This document shows positions 15,729-23,549 of a stretch of 38,762 nucleotides of DNA, piece after piece (the first letter of the stretch is position 1; each line of letters starts with the position of its first letter). The position numbers and the translations under genes were made by a program. Under the pieces are notes generated by a model. That model was not told where the DNA came from and did no database searches. It saw only the letters and a program-made list of their open reading frames with translations. The stretch covers positions 1 to 38,762 of the forward strand of contig DATMCA010001102.1 in the NCBI GenBank assembly GCA_035559015.1, written 5' to 3'. The stretch is from Umezawaea sp. Lineage in GTDB: Bacteria; Actinomycetota; Actinomycetes; Mycobacteriales; Pseudonocardiaceae.

Positions 15729-15884
15729 ATGGCCACCGACCTCAGCACCGAATTCCCCACCACCGCCGACCGCGAGGCCGAAATCAGCCGCCTCTGTGAA
15801 CTCGCCATCGACTTCGCCGACCGGGGCTGGGAGCAGGCCGCCGATCAGGCACAGGACCGGGCCACAGCGATCCGGGCCCTCTGA
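15729..15884 (+). CDS. small hypothetical protein (51 aa)
   Basis: Read manually: MATDLSTEFPTTADREAEISRLCELAIDFADRGWEQAADQAQDRATAIRAL; AAGGGAG RBS. Confidence 0.7.
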   Translation: MATDLSTEFPTTADREAEISRLCELAIDFADRGWEQAADQAQDRATAIRAL

Positions 15885-15888
15885 ACCA

Positions 15889-15918
15889 CCCGGCCCGGGG
15901 CTTCGGCCTCGGGCCGGG
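15889..15918 (+). terminator. GC-rich stem-loop with a cUUCGg tetraloop (terminator or attenuator)
   Basis: CCCGGCCCGGGGC-TTCG-GCCTCGGGCCGGG right after a stop codon; no U-tract. Confidence 0.55.
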
Positions 15919-15941
15919 CCGCCCCCAGAAAGGACGAAACT

Positions 15942-16253
15942 GTGACAGAGATCGAATGTGCTTGGTTAGCGGGTTTCCTCGAGGGTGGCACCTTCCGCAG
16001 TGAGCGCACGAGGAACGGCGGAAGGACAGCGGTCGTCGAGATCAAATCTGTCGACCATGACGTAATCGTTAAGGCAGCACGCATTCTCGGCGGTTACGCA
16101 GTAGTAAGGCGCACCCCCGACAAGACCGGCCATCAGGAGCAGTACCGGGTCAGAGTCACCGGTACCGCAGCGATCCAGATCATGCAACGCGTCAGGCCAC
16201 ACATGGGCGCTCGGAGCGCCGCGAAGATCGCCGCGCTAGTCCAGACCCACTGA
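15942..16253 (+). CDS. single-domain LAGLIDADG-like protein
   Basis: AWLAGFLEGGTF...VEIKSVDHDVI...YRVRVTG..A..IMQRVRPHMG.R..KI pattern; lower GC. Confidence 0.75.
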   Translation: MTEIECAWLAGFLEGGTFRSERTRNGGRTAVVEIKSVDHDVIVKAARILGGYAVVRRTPDKTGHQEQYRVRVTGTAAIQIMQRVRPHMGARSAAKIAALVQTH

Positions 16254-16324
16254 GGCGGGTTCGACTTCCCAAAGCGGCCACTGGAACGCTCCCACCATCC
16301 GCACCCACCCGAAGGGCACACACG

Positions 16325-17002
16325 ATGACCAGAGACGAGATCACCGAGTTCAAGGCTCAGACAGCACGACGTCGCGCCGCAGAGGCTGAGCACCCCACCC
16401 CGGACGCTGCAGCGCACGACCGGGCCACCGCTGCAGGTCTGGCCGTGGTCCGCGACGTTGACCACGAACGGGCCCTGCTCGAGGACCGGGCACGCACCGC
16501 CGCCGCGACCTGGTTGACCGTCCCCCCGATGGGCGACCCGGTCACGTCGCTTCGCCTTGAACTCGCCGCCGCCCGTGACGAAGCGCTGGTCGAGTACCGT
16601 CGCGTGCTCGCTGGTCGACGGCTTGAGCGGCGCTGTGAGATCTGCGGGCCTGGTGCCGATCACACGAACCGGGCGCATGACGACGAGTTCGATGCTCGCG
16701 ACCGGACCCCGGATCTTGCCCGGATCGCGGATGACCCGGACACGCCCCGGTACGTCGCCGATACGGCAGCGATGATGCTCGCGTTCCCGGAGGAAGCGAT
16801 CTTGTTCGACCACGAATCCGCGTTGGTGATCGACCGGGAGTACCGGGCGGCGGTCGTCAACCCGGAGGTCGGTGCCCGCGAGCTGGACCACCCGGCCGAT
16901 CCGCACCCGCAGCGCCCGACCGAGTGCCGTACCTGCGCCCGTCCGATCCATGTCCGCATCGATGACCAGGGCGTGTTCGTGTCCGCCGCCCACTACGCCT
17001 AA
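16325..17002 (+). CDS. hypothetical protein with two CxxC motifs and DHxxA repeats
   Basis: GAAGGG RBS; CEIC...H...H and CRTC. Confidence 0.7.
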   Translation: MTRDEITEFKAQTARRRAAEAEHPTPDAAAHDRATAAGLAVVRDVDHERALLEDRARTAAATWLTVPPMGDPVTSLRLELAAARDEALVEYRRVLAGRRLERRCEICGPGADHTNRAHDDEFDARDRTPDLARIADDPDTPRYVADTAAMMLAFPEEAILFDHESALVIDREYRAAVVNPEVGARELDHPADPHPQRPTECRTCARPIHVRIDDQGVFVSAAHYA

Positions 17003-17017
17003 AGGAGACAAGCGCTC

Positions 17018-17248
17018 ATGAGTCCCGACGATCACGCACTCTGCGGTTCGTTCTGCGAGTGCGGCCCCGAGGTCACCCCGATGAGCCTCGCCGAACGCGA
17101 CGCGTACGTGGCTGAGGTCAACCGGCTGCAGGTCGAGCGGGATCATGCGGCGGCGATCGTCGATGATCGCGAGTATTACCGCCCGACGGGCACCGCGTGG
17201 CCGGCGGTTCCGGGCGTGACCGTGGCCTATGAGGACGTGACCAGGTGA
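17018..17248 (+). CDS. hypothetical protein (76 aa)
   Basis: AAGGAG RBS; HALCGSFCEC. Confidence 0.7.
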   Translation: MSPDDHALCGSFCECGPEVTPMSLAERDAYVAEVNRLQVERDHAAAIVDDREYYRPTGTAWPAVPGVTVAYEDVTR

Positions 17249-17649
17249 TCACTGGCGATGGGTACGTGATCGGGTTCGTGGGCGACGGCGAACCCGGTGG
17301 ACTCACCGACGGACAGGCCGCGCTCTACATGCTCACCCTGTTCGGTCTGCTCGTTGTCTGGTTCCTCGTGACCGACTGGTTCGAGGTCGGCCGGCACCAA
17401 CGACGATCACGGAAAGAGGACACCATGCCCGAACCGATCGAGTGGTCCACACACATCCTGGTCGACGCCGGCGACGACATCGGCCTGAGCGCCTGCACCG
17501 GTATCTGGCTGCACCGGGCGCGCGCCGCTGGCCGCACACCGGTCGGTGACCCGAAGATCAGCTACCGCCTGTTCGAGGCGGGAGCGCTCGCTACGCCGGC
17601 CCAGCAGGCGACCGGCCTGATTCGGGTGGTCGGGCTGGTCGAGCCGTGA
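17245..17649 (+). CDS. membrane protein with an internal in-frame start at 17425
   Basis: One TM segment; GTGA overlap; AAAGAGGA RBS before the internal ATG. Confidence 0.55.
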   Translation: MITGDGYVIGFVGDGEPGGLTDGQAALYMLTLFGLLVVWFLVTDWFEVGRHQRRSRKEDTMPEPIEWSTHILVDAGDDIGLSACTGIWLHRARAAGRTPVGDPKISYRLFEAGALATPAQQATGLIRVVGLVEP

Positions 17650-17906
17650 GCCGGGCCCGGTCGAATCGTCGGCGAGCTGCAGCACGCGAGCAGCGCTCCC
17701 ACGACCGGCGGATCCGGATCATCCGCCACCTCGCCGCCCGGTCAGGGTTCGTCGCCCTCGCCCCGTGGCAAGAGCGCTTTCTCGAGGACCGGATGACCGC
17801 CACCGAGGTTGTCGGGATGTCACCGATCGCCCACGCCATCCGGTACCCACAGACCCCCGGGCCAACAACGGCACCGGGTAAACCAGAAAGGCACACCAGC
17901 ACATGA
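17646..17906 (+). CDS. basic hypothetical protein (86 aa)
   Basis: GTGA and ATGA overlaps; SNRRRAA and LAPWQERFL. Confidence 0.5.
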   Translation: MSRARSNRRRAAAREQRSHDRRIRIIRHLAARSGFVALAPWQERFLEDRMTATEVVGMSPIAHAIRYPQTPGPTTAPGKPERHTST

Positions 17907-18376
17907 TCAAGCGCATCATCGGCATACTCGCCGTCATCGCCGCCGTGCTCACCCTGACCGCGGCCCAGCCGGCGGCCGCGGCCAGCAACGGCGAGCACAA
18001 CCAGCACTTCGCCTGCTTCAACGGCGGGACCACCATCGATCTCACCCTGACCTACGAGGTGTCCGGTGTCGGCGGTCCGGAGGTCAATTCGGTGTTCCTG
18101 ACCGGCGTGAGCTGGGAAACCGTTCCGCTGGCCAAGCTCGATCGGATCAGCGTGTTCGGGCTGAACGATGCGATCGACGGCGGAAACGACGTGAATCTGT
18201 ACTCGTACGGGGGCACTGCGGCCAGTCAGAACGATGTCCCGAGCACCCACATCAGCAACGAACTGGGGCGGATCTACTTCTTCGAGGACAACACCCCGGG
18301 CGACCTGTCGGTGAACTTCTGGGGCGGGGTGGGCGACTCGGGCGCGTACTGCCAGGTCAATCACCACGTCGCGTAA
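17903..18376 (+). CDS. Sec-secreted beta-rich protein
   Basis: Signal peptide MIKRIIGILAVIAAVLTLTAAQPAAA; two Cys near the ends of the mature part; AGAAAGG RBS. Confidence 0.75.
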   Translation: MIKRIIGILAVIAAVLTLTAAQPAAAASNGEHNQHFACFNGGTTIDLTLTYEVSGVGGPEVNSVFLTGVSWETVPLAKLDRISVFGLNDAIDGGNDVNLYSYGGTAASQNDVPSTHISNELGRIYFFEDNTPGDLSVNFWGGVGDSGAYCQVNHHVA

Positions 18377-18402
18377 CCACTGCTGGAACCCCCGCAAAAC
18401 AA

Positions 18403-18436
18403 TTCGGCCCCGGACCTTGGTAGGTCCGGGGCCGAA
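18403..18436. terminator. intrinsic terminator between convergent operons
   Basis: Perfect 15-bp stem TTCGGCCCCGGACCT-TGGT-AGGTCCGGGGCCGAA; TTGTTTT tail on the minus strand. Confidence 0.85.
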
Positions 18437-18507
18437 CTGGTTCACCGCCACCCTTAACCCCTGCTCCGCGCCAGGGCCACCATCTCTCAGCAGGGCCTCA
18501 GGTTACC

Positions 18508-18822
18508 TCAGGGAAGCGACCGCTTCACCACCCGGGCGACGTCGCCCTTCGGGCCGGCGGTAGCACCCGAGTCGGCCGGCAGCGGGTACACGGGACGGCC
18601 GGCCCACCCAAGCAACCAGCCCGCGTTCGGGTACACGTACGTCTCGACGACCCGGACGGCCAGGTAGTAGACGGCGGTCACGATGATGGTGACCAGGGCG
18701 GTCACCTGGTCATCCTGCAGACCAAACCAACCAGCGACCGGCCACGCGGTGAAGTAGCCGACCACCAGAGGAACGAACGTCCTCAGGACGGACGGCAGGA
18801 ACGAACGAAGATCAGGGAACAC
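18508..18822 (-). CDS. holin
   Basis: SVLRTFVPLVVG...YYLAVRVVE...P.AGWLLG, an actinophage holin pattern with two TMs; AGGAG RBS before GTG 18822. Confidence 0.75.
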   Translation of the reverse strand: MFPDLRSFLPSVLRTFVPLVVGYFTAWPVAGWFGLQDDQVTALVTIIVTAVYYLAVRVVETYVYPNAGWLLGWAGRPVYPLPADSGATAGPKGDVARVVKRSLP

Positions 18823-18830
18823 GGTGACTC

Positions 18831-19160
18831 CTATCGGTTCGGGCACGACCAGTCGTCGGCCAAGCCCTTCGAGATTCGCACAACATCACGACCATGCGTG
18901 GTCGCCGGCCCCGCTTCACCCGGGCCCGGGATATTCAGGGTGACCAGGTCGCACACCCGATCCCGGTTGTCGAGCATGACGACACCGAACACCAGGGACA
19001 ACGCCAACCCCACCACGATCGCGACTTTCCCGACCCGGGCTTGCCGGTCGACGGACACCCGCAACGCGTGGACCTCCGCGACGAGTTCAGCACCCGCCTT
19101 GATCAGCCTCTCCGGCATCTGCTCATTCCCCACGGGTAACGCGGGATCCTGGGTGGTCAT
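18831..19160 (-). CDS. lysis-cassette membrane protein
   Basis: Single TM (VAIVVGLALSLVFGVVML); two Cys in the C-terminal part. Confidence 0.65.
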   Translation of the reverse strand: MTTQDPALPVGNEQMPERLIKAGAELVAEVHALRVSVDRQARVGKVAIVVGLALSLVFGVVMLDNRDRVCDLVTLNIPGPGEAGPATTHGRDVVRISKGLADDWSCPNR

Positions 19161-19296
19161 CTGCTGTGGTCTCCCGCTCTACTTCGGCCTGCTCGAGCAG
19201 GCGACGCGTTGCCTCTGCCTGCTGCTCACACCAATCGTCTAACGCACGTAAAACATCCCGCACGTCGGGTCCCTTCCTCCGGGCCTGATCAGTCAT
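19123..19296 (-). CDS. small hypothetical protein in the lysis cassette (57 aa)
   Basis: MTDQARRK...; overlaps the stop of the upstream gene. Confidence 0.45.
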   Translation of the reverse strand: MTDQARRKGPDVRDVLRALDDWCEQQAEATRRLLEQAEVERETTADDHPGSRVTRGE

Positions 19297-19585
19297 GCCG
19301 GCGTCGTGCGTCGGCGAGCTCGCGGGTAGCCGCGGATGCCTCTGTGAGTGCGGGGACAATCTTTTCCAGGAAGGCGGCGACCATGAGGTCTTTACCGGCC
19401 ACAGCTGCGTCGGCCCGGGAGCGCTCGGTATCAGCACGTTTGCTCTCTCTCCTCAGGGCGACCAGCAGGCCCGCCGCGATGATCCCTATTGGACCTTGGG
19501 CCAGTAGATAGGTGACAACGTCGCCAGTGCTAGGGCCCGAGCCGGTCGCTGCCATGTGGAGGACGGCAGCGGCCGGCCCGAGCAT
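19289..19585 (-). CDS. holin-like membrane/coiled-coil protein
   Basis: TM (YLLAQGPIGIIAAGLLVAL) then RRESKRADTER coiled coil; directly after the endolysin. Confidence 0.6.
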   Translation of the reverse strand: MLGPAAAVLHMAATGSGPSTGDVVTYLLAQGPIGIIAAGLLVALRRESKRADTERSRADAAVAGKDLMVAAFLEKIVPALTEASAATRELADARRRHD

Positions 19586-19587
19586 GG

Positions 19588-20490
19588 TCAGGATCCGTTC
19601 GGGGCGGTGTCGTTGTCGCCGTCGAGCAGGTCACCGAGTTCGGCGAGCGCGGCCCGTGCGCCGGCTTCTGACGCGGCCTGAGCCTGTTCGGCGGTCAGCG
19701 ACCCACCCGCCTTGATTGCGTCCGCGAGAACCTTGATGGTGGCGTTCTGCGCACCGATCAGGGCGGTCAGCTCGCGCCGCAGTCGGGCGACCCCCGGGGG
19801 GAACCGGACGATCTCGTCGTACGACACCTTGTCGCCGACCTTCTTCGACCCCCACGCCTTCACGTCGGCGTCGGTCACGGTGTGCGTGTCCTTGAAACTC
19901 ACGTCGTCTTCCTCCTTCGGTGGGGTGGCGCCTGCAGGTTTCGCTCCCAGATTCACAGCGGCAACCCGCCGCCGGAACGCATCCATGTTGAAATCCGGGT
20001 CCGACTTCCGGCCCTTCGGCCGGCACGTCTCTTTGTGCCCGAGCACGTCGGACACCTTCAGCCCGAACTCGTCGATCAGCGCCCGGCAGAGACGCGCGTA
20101 CGAGTCCATCTGAGGTTCGGGCCAGTCGCCCTTCGTACCGGGCACGCCGACCGCTTCGGCCTCGATCCCGATGGCGTGGATCTTCTCGTAATCCACGGAC
20201 AGGGATTCGCCGGCGTGGTTGGCGCTGCCGGCGGCGAACACGTAGATGGTCCCAGATCGGCCGATGCCGTACTGAGCCAACGGTCCGGGCAGGTCGGCGC
20301 CGCGCCCGTGGAGAACGGTGTTGTACGACGGGTAGTCGCCGGTGGCTCCGCCGTTGGCCGTGTGGTGACAGGTGATCGTGCGGACGTCGGACATCAGCTG
20401 CGGGCGAGTGCGGGTTTCCCACCCGGGAACCTCGATCACCGGGTACCCGGTCTTCCGGGCGACCCGGGCCAATCCTGTGTACATGTTCAC
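19588..20490 (-). CDS. endolysin, N-acetylmuramoyl-L-alanine amidase (Amidase_2 type)
   Basis: CHHTA, DLPGPL, ANHAG, IGIEAE and GHKE...KSDP Zn-amidase motifs. Confidence 0.9.
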   Translation of the reverse strand: MNMYTGLARVARKTGYPVIEVPGWETRTRPQLMSDVRTITCHHTANGGATGDYPSYNTVLHGRGADLPGPLAQYGIGRSGTIYVFAAGSANHAGESLSVDYEKIHAIGIEAEAVGVPGTKGDWPEPQMDSYARLCRALIDEFGLKVSDVLGHKETCRPKGRKSDPDFNMDAFRRRVAAVNLGAKPAGATPPKEEDDVSFKDTHTVTDADVKAWGSKKVGDKVSYDEIVRFPPGVARLRRELTALIGAQNATIKVLADAIKAGGSLTAEQAQAASEAGARAALAELGDLLDGDNDTAPNGS

Positions 20491-20741
20491 GGCGGACCAT
20501 CCTTCTGTTCGGGTCCTACCATGATGGCCCCCTCCGGCATCGGCGAGGGCAGCTGGTACATGGCCGTGATCCCCCAGTAGTCCCGGGCCCCGACCGGGTT
20601 CTCGTCGTACGCGAGTTTCCGATCGTTGTTGTCGTCCGGGATGTCCGGGTACAACTCGAGAACCTCAGGGATCTGATCCCAATCGGTGAGCTCGTGCACC
20701 CAACCAGCGTCGGGGCCGGGCGGATCAATCCACAGAAACAT
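20487..20741 (-). CDS. hypothetical protein (84 aa)
   Basis: GAAAGG RBS; between tail tip and lysin; GTGA overlap. Confidence 0.65.
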   Translation of the reverse strand: MFLWIDPPGPDAGWVHELTDWDQIPEVLELYPDIPDDNNDRKLAYDENPVGARDYWGITAMYQLPSPMPEGAIMVGPEQKDGPP

Positions 20742-20752
20742 GATGTGACCTT

Positions 20753-21307
20753 TCAGGAGACGGCGAGCCAGCGGGCGAACACCCGGGTACCGAAGCTAGC
20801 GGATGACAGGGAAGCCGTTGCCCCACCGTGGTTTTGGGTGATGAAGTACTCGATGTAGTCGCCGGCGTTGAAGAACCGTTGGATGTGGCTCACCATGTTC
20901 GTCTGGTTCGGGTCGTACGGCTGCGACCGGATGGACGACCCACCACCGACGACACCGCCGGCGTTCAACCGGCATTCGAGGGTGAGGACCGAATAGGTGA
21001 ACTGGCCGATGGTGAACCAGGCCTCGACGTCGTACACACCGGCCGTCGTGAACGTGATCCGCGACGGGTTCGTCGACGTCGAGTGCATGGTGTCGGTGTC
21101 GAAGATTTCCGCCGCGAACGTGATCAGGGTGGCCGAGTTGTGCGGTACGACGAACGTGGTGTTGTCGTAGACGTGGCAGCGCGGGAACACCCCGTTGGTG
21201 CCGTTGCCCATCAACCACAGCAGCACGTCACGGACCTGAGCGTCCCACTGTGAAGCGGTCAGTTTCTGAGCCGCTGTGGCGTCGAATGGTGTTGGGACAG
21301 TAGCCAT
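20753..21307 (-). CDS. minor tail protein, putative receptor-binding (C1q/TNF-like C-terminus)
   Basis: LTASQWDAQVRD anchor; FDTDTMH...RITFTTAGVY...FNAGDYIE. Confidence 0.7.
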   Translation of the reverse strand: MATVPTPFDATAAQKLTASQWDAQVRDVLLWLMGNGTNGVFPRCHVYDNTTFVVPHNSATLITFAAEIFDTDTMHSTSTNPSRITFTTAGVYDVEAWFTIGQFTYSVLTLECRLNAGGVVGGGSSIRSQPYDPNQTNMVSHIQRFFNAGDYIEYFITQNHGGATASLSSASFGTRVFARWLAVS

Positions 21308-21311
21308 GTGC

Positions 21312-23549
21312 TTATGCTCCGAATCTCATTGCGTACTGGACCTCGACGGGTTCGCCGGCGGCATGGACCCGGGCCACCGTAGGGGCAACACCCCGGGCGG
21401 TCACAGGGAACGTCTGCGGCGATACCGCTCCACCCGGCGCAGTCACCGTGACCCGTTCACCGTTCCAATCGAGATCGCAGGGGTAGTCCCCCGCCGCGGT
21501 CGACAGGGGCGACGTCGAGGTCACGATCAGAGTCCCGGTGGCCGTCGTCGCCACGCAGGTCCCACCAGTCACCGTCGCCGCGCTGTCACCGATCGCGAAC
21601 CGGCCGTACGTCGCGTCGTCGAACACACCCTCTGGTGGCGCATCCGCCGGATCGGTATCGAACACGAACAGAACGGCCTGATCCTCGACGACGTATTCCT
21701 CCACCCACCCGGACGCGTAGACGTCCTTGTAGCTGACCCCGAGGTTCGCGACTGGGAGGTTCTGAATCCGGATCCGCTGGTACGGCAGCAGGGCGAACAC
21801 GGCCGCCCGCTGGTCGGTGGGCATCAGGGTGACGTCGAACCCGAACGACGTCAGCCGAGACTCACCGGACACCATCTGCCGGTACGCCAGGCCCCGGGCC
21901 ACCGCGGGATCACCGGCCGACGACGCGAGGTCGCTACCGGACAGCCGCAGCTGGGTTGCCGTTTCCGTGTCCTGGTCGATCAGGGTCACCGACCCCACCG
22001 GGGAGGTAACGGTCTGCCTGGTTGGTCGTTCGGTGCGCTCGCCGGACCACCCGCCGGTCGGGATGTCGAGGTCAGCCTCGGCGTCGAGGGTGAGCGACAC
22101 CGCAATCGGGTTCATGTTGAGAGGGAGGACGACGTGCCGGCGGCCGTCCGGGCGGGTGAACATGCGGCCCTGGATCGTGCGAACGTGTTCACGCCACGCG
22201 TCGAGCAGGTTCTCATTCGCGCCCGTCAATTGGACGGGGGTCAGGTCCTGCACTGAAACGCCGACGCCACCACCAACGAGAGTATCGGCCGTAGCCCCGT
22301 AGGTGACCAGGTCAGCGGCCCGGTTGAACCCGGTGAAATCTACTCCGGCAGCGGAGTAGTGCGAGTAGGACACCCCACCAGCGAGAGAGTTGTACCGAAC
22401 CCACAGCCCGGAAACGGACCCGTTGATCGTGTTTCCCTGTTTGCCGACTGCGCGTGGGTTCATGTTCCCACCGACGACGATGTATTCGATGCCGGCGTAG
22501 GGTGCGCGGGGCCAGCCGGGGAAGTACCCGGCAACGAACCGGTCGGGGATCGACTTGTCGCGGATCGCGAGCTGTGATGCTGGGGTTCCGGCGTCGTCGT
22601 ATAGGACCAGTGAAATCCAGTGCCACGAATCATCTCTCGGGTAGTTCGTGCCGAACTCGGTGCGTGAGACACCGTTCGAGTCGATGAGTTTCCACACGAC
22701 CTTGCCCGACACGATGACCGCGAGGAACCGCCAGATCACGTTCCCGAACTTGTCGTACGCGGCAACAATGTCGTCGGCGCTACCGACAATGTCCGCGTCG
22801 AGCTTCACCCACAACGACACCCGGTTCACCGCGTTCGACCCGCCCCTGGTCTTGTGCAGGATGACCGGGGACGCCGTGTTCCCGTCACCCCGGGCGAACG
22901 ACGCGATCCCGTCGACCAGGATCCCCGCGTCAGCCTGACCCAACGACTGCGACCCCGTGCCGGCGCTCGACGGGATCACCTGCGCCGCTGGGATATCGGT
23001 GCGGTCGAGCGACAGGCCCCGCAGGTAGGTCGCGTCCGGGTCGTCGTCGTACGGCCAGTAGTCGCTATCTGTGAGGGCGGTGATCTGCTCGCCGTAGTCA
23101 CTGATCAGGTCCCGTCGCGCGTGCCTGGACATCACGCAGGAAGCGGTCAGGGTGCAGGTGGCGTCCGCGACGTCGACGGACATGTCGGGTACCCACTTGT
23201 CGGACCACCCGAAGAACCTGACCGAGCTGTTCGCGCCACCGTTCCAGCTGTAGCTGAGACGGACCATGCGGTCGCGTTCGACCTGACCGGAGAAGGCACC
23301 AGCGAGGTTGTCCGGGGTGAACGGGGCGTACCCGACCGATCCTGCCGGGGCACCCCACGCGGTCAGCTCAGCGGCCGTCGCGGGCGTGTTGTCGAGCAGC
23401 ACCGTTGCCGTGGTCGCCTCGACCGGTGTCTCGACCGTCCCCCGCGGGTGGACGATCTCGAATCCCCGCGACCTGGTGCTGATGTCGATGAAGCTGCCAC
23501 CGGGAACGAACTGCACCTCGACCTTGTGCTGAACGCTGAACGTGGTCAC
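21312..23549 (-). CDS. large minor tail (tail tip) protein
   Basis: Directly after the tape measure; LDN...FTP, YWP..D LamG-like segment, C-terminal GERVTVTA...RGV..TVA..HAAG. Confidence 0.8.
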   Translation of the reverse strand: MTTFSVQHKVEVQFVPGGSFIDISTRSRGFEIVHPRGTVETPVEATTATVLLDNTPATAAELTAWGAPAGSVGYAPFTPDNLAGAFSGQVERDRMVRLSYSWNGGANSSVRFFGWSDKWVPDMSVDVADATCTLTASCVMSRHARRDLISDYGEQITALTDSDYWPYDDDPDATYLRGLSLDRTDIPAAQVIPSSAGTGSQSLGQADAGILVDGIASFARGDGNTASPVILHKTRGGSNAVNRVSLWVKLDADIVGSADDIVAAYDKFGNVIWRFLAVIVSGKVVWKLIDSNGVSRTEFGTNYPRDDSWHWISLVLYDDAGTPASQLAIRDKSIPDRFVAGYFPGWPRAPYAGIEYIVVGGNMNPRAVGKQGNTINGSVSGLWVRYNSLAGGVSYSHYSAAGVDFTGFNRAADLVTYGATADTLVGGGVGVSVQDLTPVQLTGANENLLDAWREHVRTIQGRMFTRPDGRRHVVLPLNMNPIAVSLTLDAEADLDIPTGGWSGERTERPTRQTVTSPVGSVTLIDQDTETATQLRLSGSDLASSAGDPAVARGLAYRQMVSGESRLTSFGFDVTLMPTDQRAAVFALLPYQRIRIQNLPVANLGVSYKDVYASGWVEEYVVEDQAVLFVFDTDPADAPPEGVFDDATYGRFAIGDSAATVTGGTCVATTATGTLIVTSTSPLSTAAGDYPCDLDWNGERVTVTAPGGAVSPQTFPVTARGVAPTVARVHAAGEPVEVQYAMRFGA

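Noticed and set aside
16254-16275. GCGGGTTCGACTTCCC, resembling a tRNA T-arm or attP remnant
   Set aside because: Stem is imperfect, no acceptor or D arm, and no integrase to use it
18494-18512. Tandem CCTCAGG copies near the holin stop
   Set aside because: Too short and too few to distinguish from chance
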